A stretch of DNA of 64,000 nt from positions 1 to 64,000 of the IMG/VR virus record IMGVR_UViG_2788500220_000014; one strand, given 5' to 3'. This DNA comes from a virus (taxonomy: Duplodnaviria > Caudoviricetes). A program made the translations under genes and the position numbers. Positions 62,572 to 64,000 of the stretch are shown here, piece by piece (within the stretch, counting starts at the first letter, position 1; each line of letters starts with the position of its first letter). Under the pieces are notes generated by a model. The model saw only the letters and a list, made by a program, of their open reading frames with translations. It had not been told where the DNA came from and did not search any database.

Positions 62572-62991
62572 TTACCATGCTCCTGGTGTACCTTGAGGAA
62601 AACTGTATGCCTTACCATACTCATCTTGTTCATCGAGGATCATAATAATATCCTCAAATGATCGGAGACCAGGAAGAGTATGATCGTATGCAGGTAAATT
62701 AAACAGATTATGGCTTCGGGCCCAGCGTACAAACTCTGACATATCTGTAGGTTGTGGACTTAATTCATATTCAGGTGTACCATAATTCGGATGTAAAGAA
62801 ATTGTATAATCATCAACCACCTTGCCGGTGTCATCATATACGGTTACAGATGCCGCATCTTCACTCATGCCTCGATAGTTGAGGATGTCATATTCACTGT
62901 GCGCGCCGGCTGGAATGTTTGACGATTCGTGAAGGAGGCGGGATACTTCTTCTTTAATGAGCCGCTTAAGCTGTCTTTTGGTTATTCTCAC
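62572..62991 (-). CDS. Leader-array gene (MRITKRQLKRLIKEE)
   Basis: Shared leader and shared RBS ATAGGAGACAACACG. Confidence 0.8.
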   Translation of the reverse strand: MRITKRQLKRLIKEEVSRLLHESSNIPAGAHSEYDILNYRGMSEDAASVTVYDDTGKVVDDYTISLHPNYGTPEYELSPQPTDMSEFVRWARSHNLFNLPAYDHTLPGLRSFEDIIMILDEQDEYGKAYSFPQGTPGAW

Positions 62992-63002
62992 CGTGTTGTC
63001 TC

Positions 63003-63326
63003 CTATCGATACATATCGGGGTTTGATAATACGTCTTCTAACTCAGCAATCTTATCATCGATTGACATCATACCAAACTCAGAATCATTGACTGTAGTAG
63101 CACCCATTGCTCTTTCTGCTTCAAGCGCCTCGATTTGATCTGCCTCGAATCCCGGGGCAGAAAGTATCTTTCGGTCACCTATGATTACACCATCAAATGC
63201 TGTACCTGAACTATAAGTTACATTAACGACATTCTCACGCAGCTTACGCCGGACCTTGGCCTCAGCAATCAGCTTAGCCTTCTCTTCTTTGATTATTCGT
63301 TTAAGCTGTCTCTTGGTTATTCTCAT
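63003..63326 (-). CDS. Leader-array gene (MRITKRQLKRIIKEEKAKLIAE)
   Basis: Shared leader and RBS. Confidence 0.8.
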   Translation of the reverse strand: MRITKRQLKRIIKEEKAKLIAEAKVRRKLRENVVNVTYSSGTAFDGVIIGDRKILSAPGFEADQIEALEAERAMGATTVNDSEFGMMSIDDKIAELEDVLSNPDMYR

Positions 63327-63343
63327 CGTGTTGTCTCCTATGA

Positions 63344-63769
63344 CTATTGTATTCTATATACCGCATCTAAAGTTGAGTTGTCAACGTCAACCCAGTCACC
63401 ACCATCCCACATCATATATGCATCTGGGCCGGCGCTATATGGCGAGTTCATATCATCCCACCAGTGAACCAGCGTGCCATTAACAATAAAGAATTCAGAT
63501 TCTGATAATAGTTGATTCTGCGTTGGAACTTCAGTTTCGAAGTCCCCAGGGGAATGATCTGCACCTAATAGCCAATTCAAAAGATTTTTCTCTAACATCA
63601 TCATGGCATCTGGGAACATAGATCTAGCATCTTCTAACGTTACCTGTCTATTGCCCGGGGCATTCTCACATAATTTACGCCTGACCAATCGTCGGACCTT
63701 GGTCTCAGCAACCAGCTTGGCTTTTTCTTCTTTGATGATCCGCTTAAGCTGTCTCTTGGTTATTCTCAC
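63344..63769 (-). CDS. Leader-array gene (MRITKRQLKRIIKEEKAKLVAE)
   Basis: Shared leader and RBS. Confidence 0.8.
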   Translation of the reverse strand: MRITKRQLKRIIKEEKAKLVAETKVRRLVRRKLCENAPGNRQVTLEDARSMFPDAMMMLEKNLLNWLLGADHSPGDFETEVPTQNQLLSESEFFIVNGTLVHWWDDMNSPYSAGPDAYMMWDGGDWVDVDNSTLDAVYRIQ

Positions 63770-63912
63770 CGTGTTGTCTCCTATGACTAATCATATAATA
63801 GAGACTCTCACGACACCAGCTTATGTGCGATAAATTTTTGGATTGTGTGAGTCTCATTTTATTTTCTCCTCGTGGGCACAGACTTTACAATATCCCACGC
63901 TTTTCACTAAGT

Positions 63913-64000
63913 TTAAAATTCTAATTCAGAGGCCATTTGCTCTTCAGTTCCGATCAGGCCATTTGCTTCTAAGTTTGATATCAAATAAGCTAATGCTTCA
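63913..64000 (-). CDS. C-terminal end of a gene entering from beyond the window (...EALAYLISNLEANGLIGTEEQMASELEF*)
   Basis: Open frame from the window edge to TAA at 63913. Confidence 0.5.
   Translation of the reverse strand, partial: EALAYLISNLEANGLIGTEEQMASELEF

Noticed and set aside
53098-63769. CRISPR array or integron interpretation of the recurring ~45-nt repeats
   Set aside because: The repeats are in-frame coding leaders with synonymous variation and are spaced by hundreds of nt. No cas gene, integrase or attC-like palindrome is visible.
44834-63769. Diversity-generating retroelement as the source of variation
   Set aside because: No reverse transcriptase and no template/variable repeat pair differing only at adenines was seen.

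Overview
This 64 kb window looks like part of a large (jumbo/huge) tailed bacteriophage genome. It is densely packed, mostly minus-strand and AT-rich, and has no rRNA or typical cellular operons. (1) 1-25.4 kb: putative virion genes and auxiliary host-like genes. These include PIN-PhoH, a stand-alone sigma-70 region-4 protein, a tubulin/FtsZ homolog, a complete tmRNA (4159-4521, tag ANNNDNFEYALAA), an Hc1 histone-like protein, YkuK RNase H-like, a degenerate GroEL-like chaperonin, a YeaH-SpoVR-PrkA operon, NUDIX, a RelA/SpoT-type HD hydrolase, HAD, two cytidylyltransferases, DinG helicase, MT-A70 methyltransferase, a eukaryote-type phosphomannomutase, a trypsin-like protease and Hsp20. (2) 25.7-52.5 kb: an early/accessory region with ten near-identical CGTGYAW-17bp-TATAAT promoters. 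It holds a GC-richer block (RadA-like ATPase, vWA metallopeptidase, MoxR AAA+), about 25 tiny M-K-x-G-D-L-V (SH3/KOW-like) genes, Cys-rich lipoproteins, ThyX, an L7/L12-domain gene split by one in-frame TGA, and a ~620-nt structured ncRNA candidate with its own promoter, boxA-like element and terminator. (3) 53.1-63.8 kb: a tandem array of 20 genes that share an N-terminal MKITKRQLKRIIKEE leader fused to mostly unrelated payloads. I read this as a candidate capsid-targeting/injected-protein cassette system, and it is the best candidate for an undescribed system here. All family assignments come from reading motifs by eye; no searches were run.
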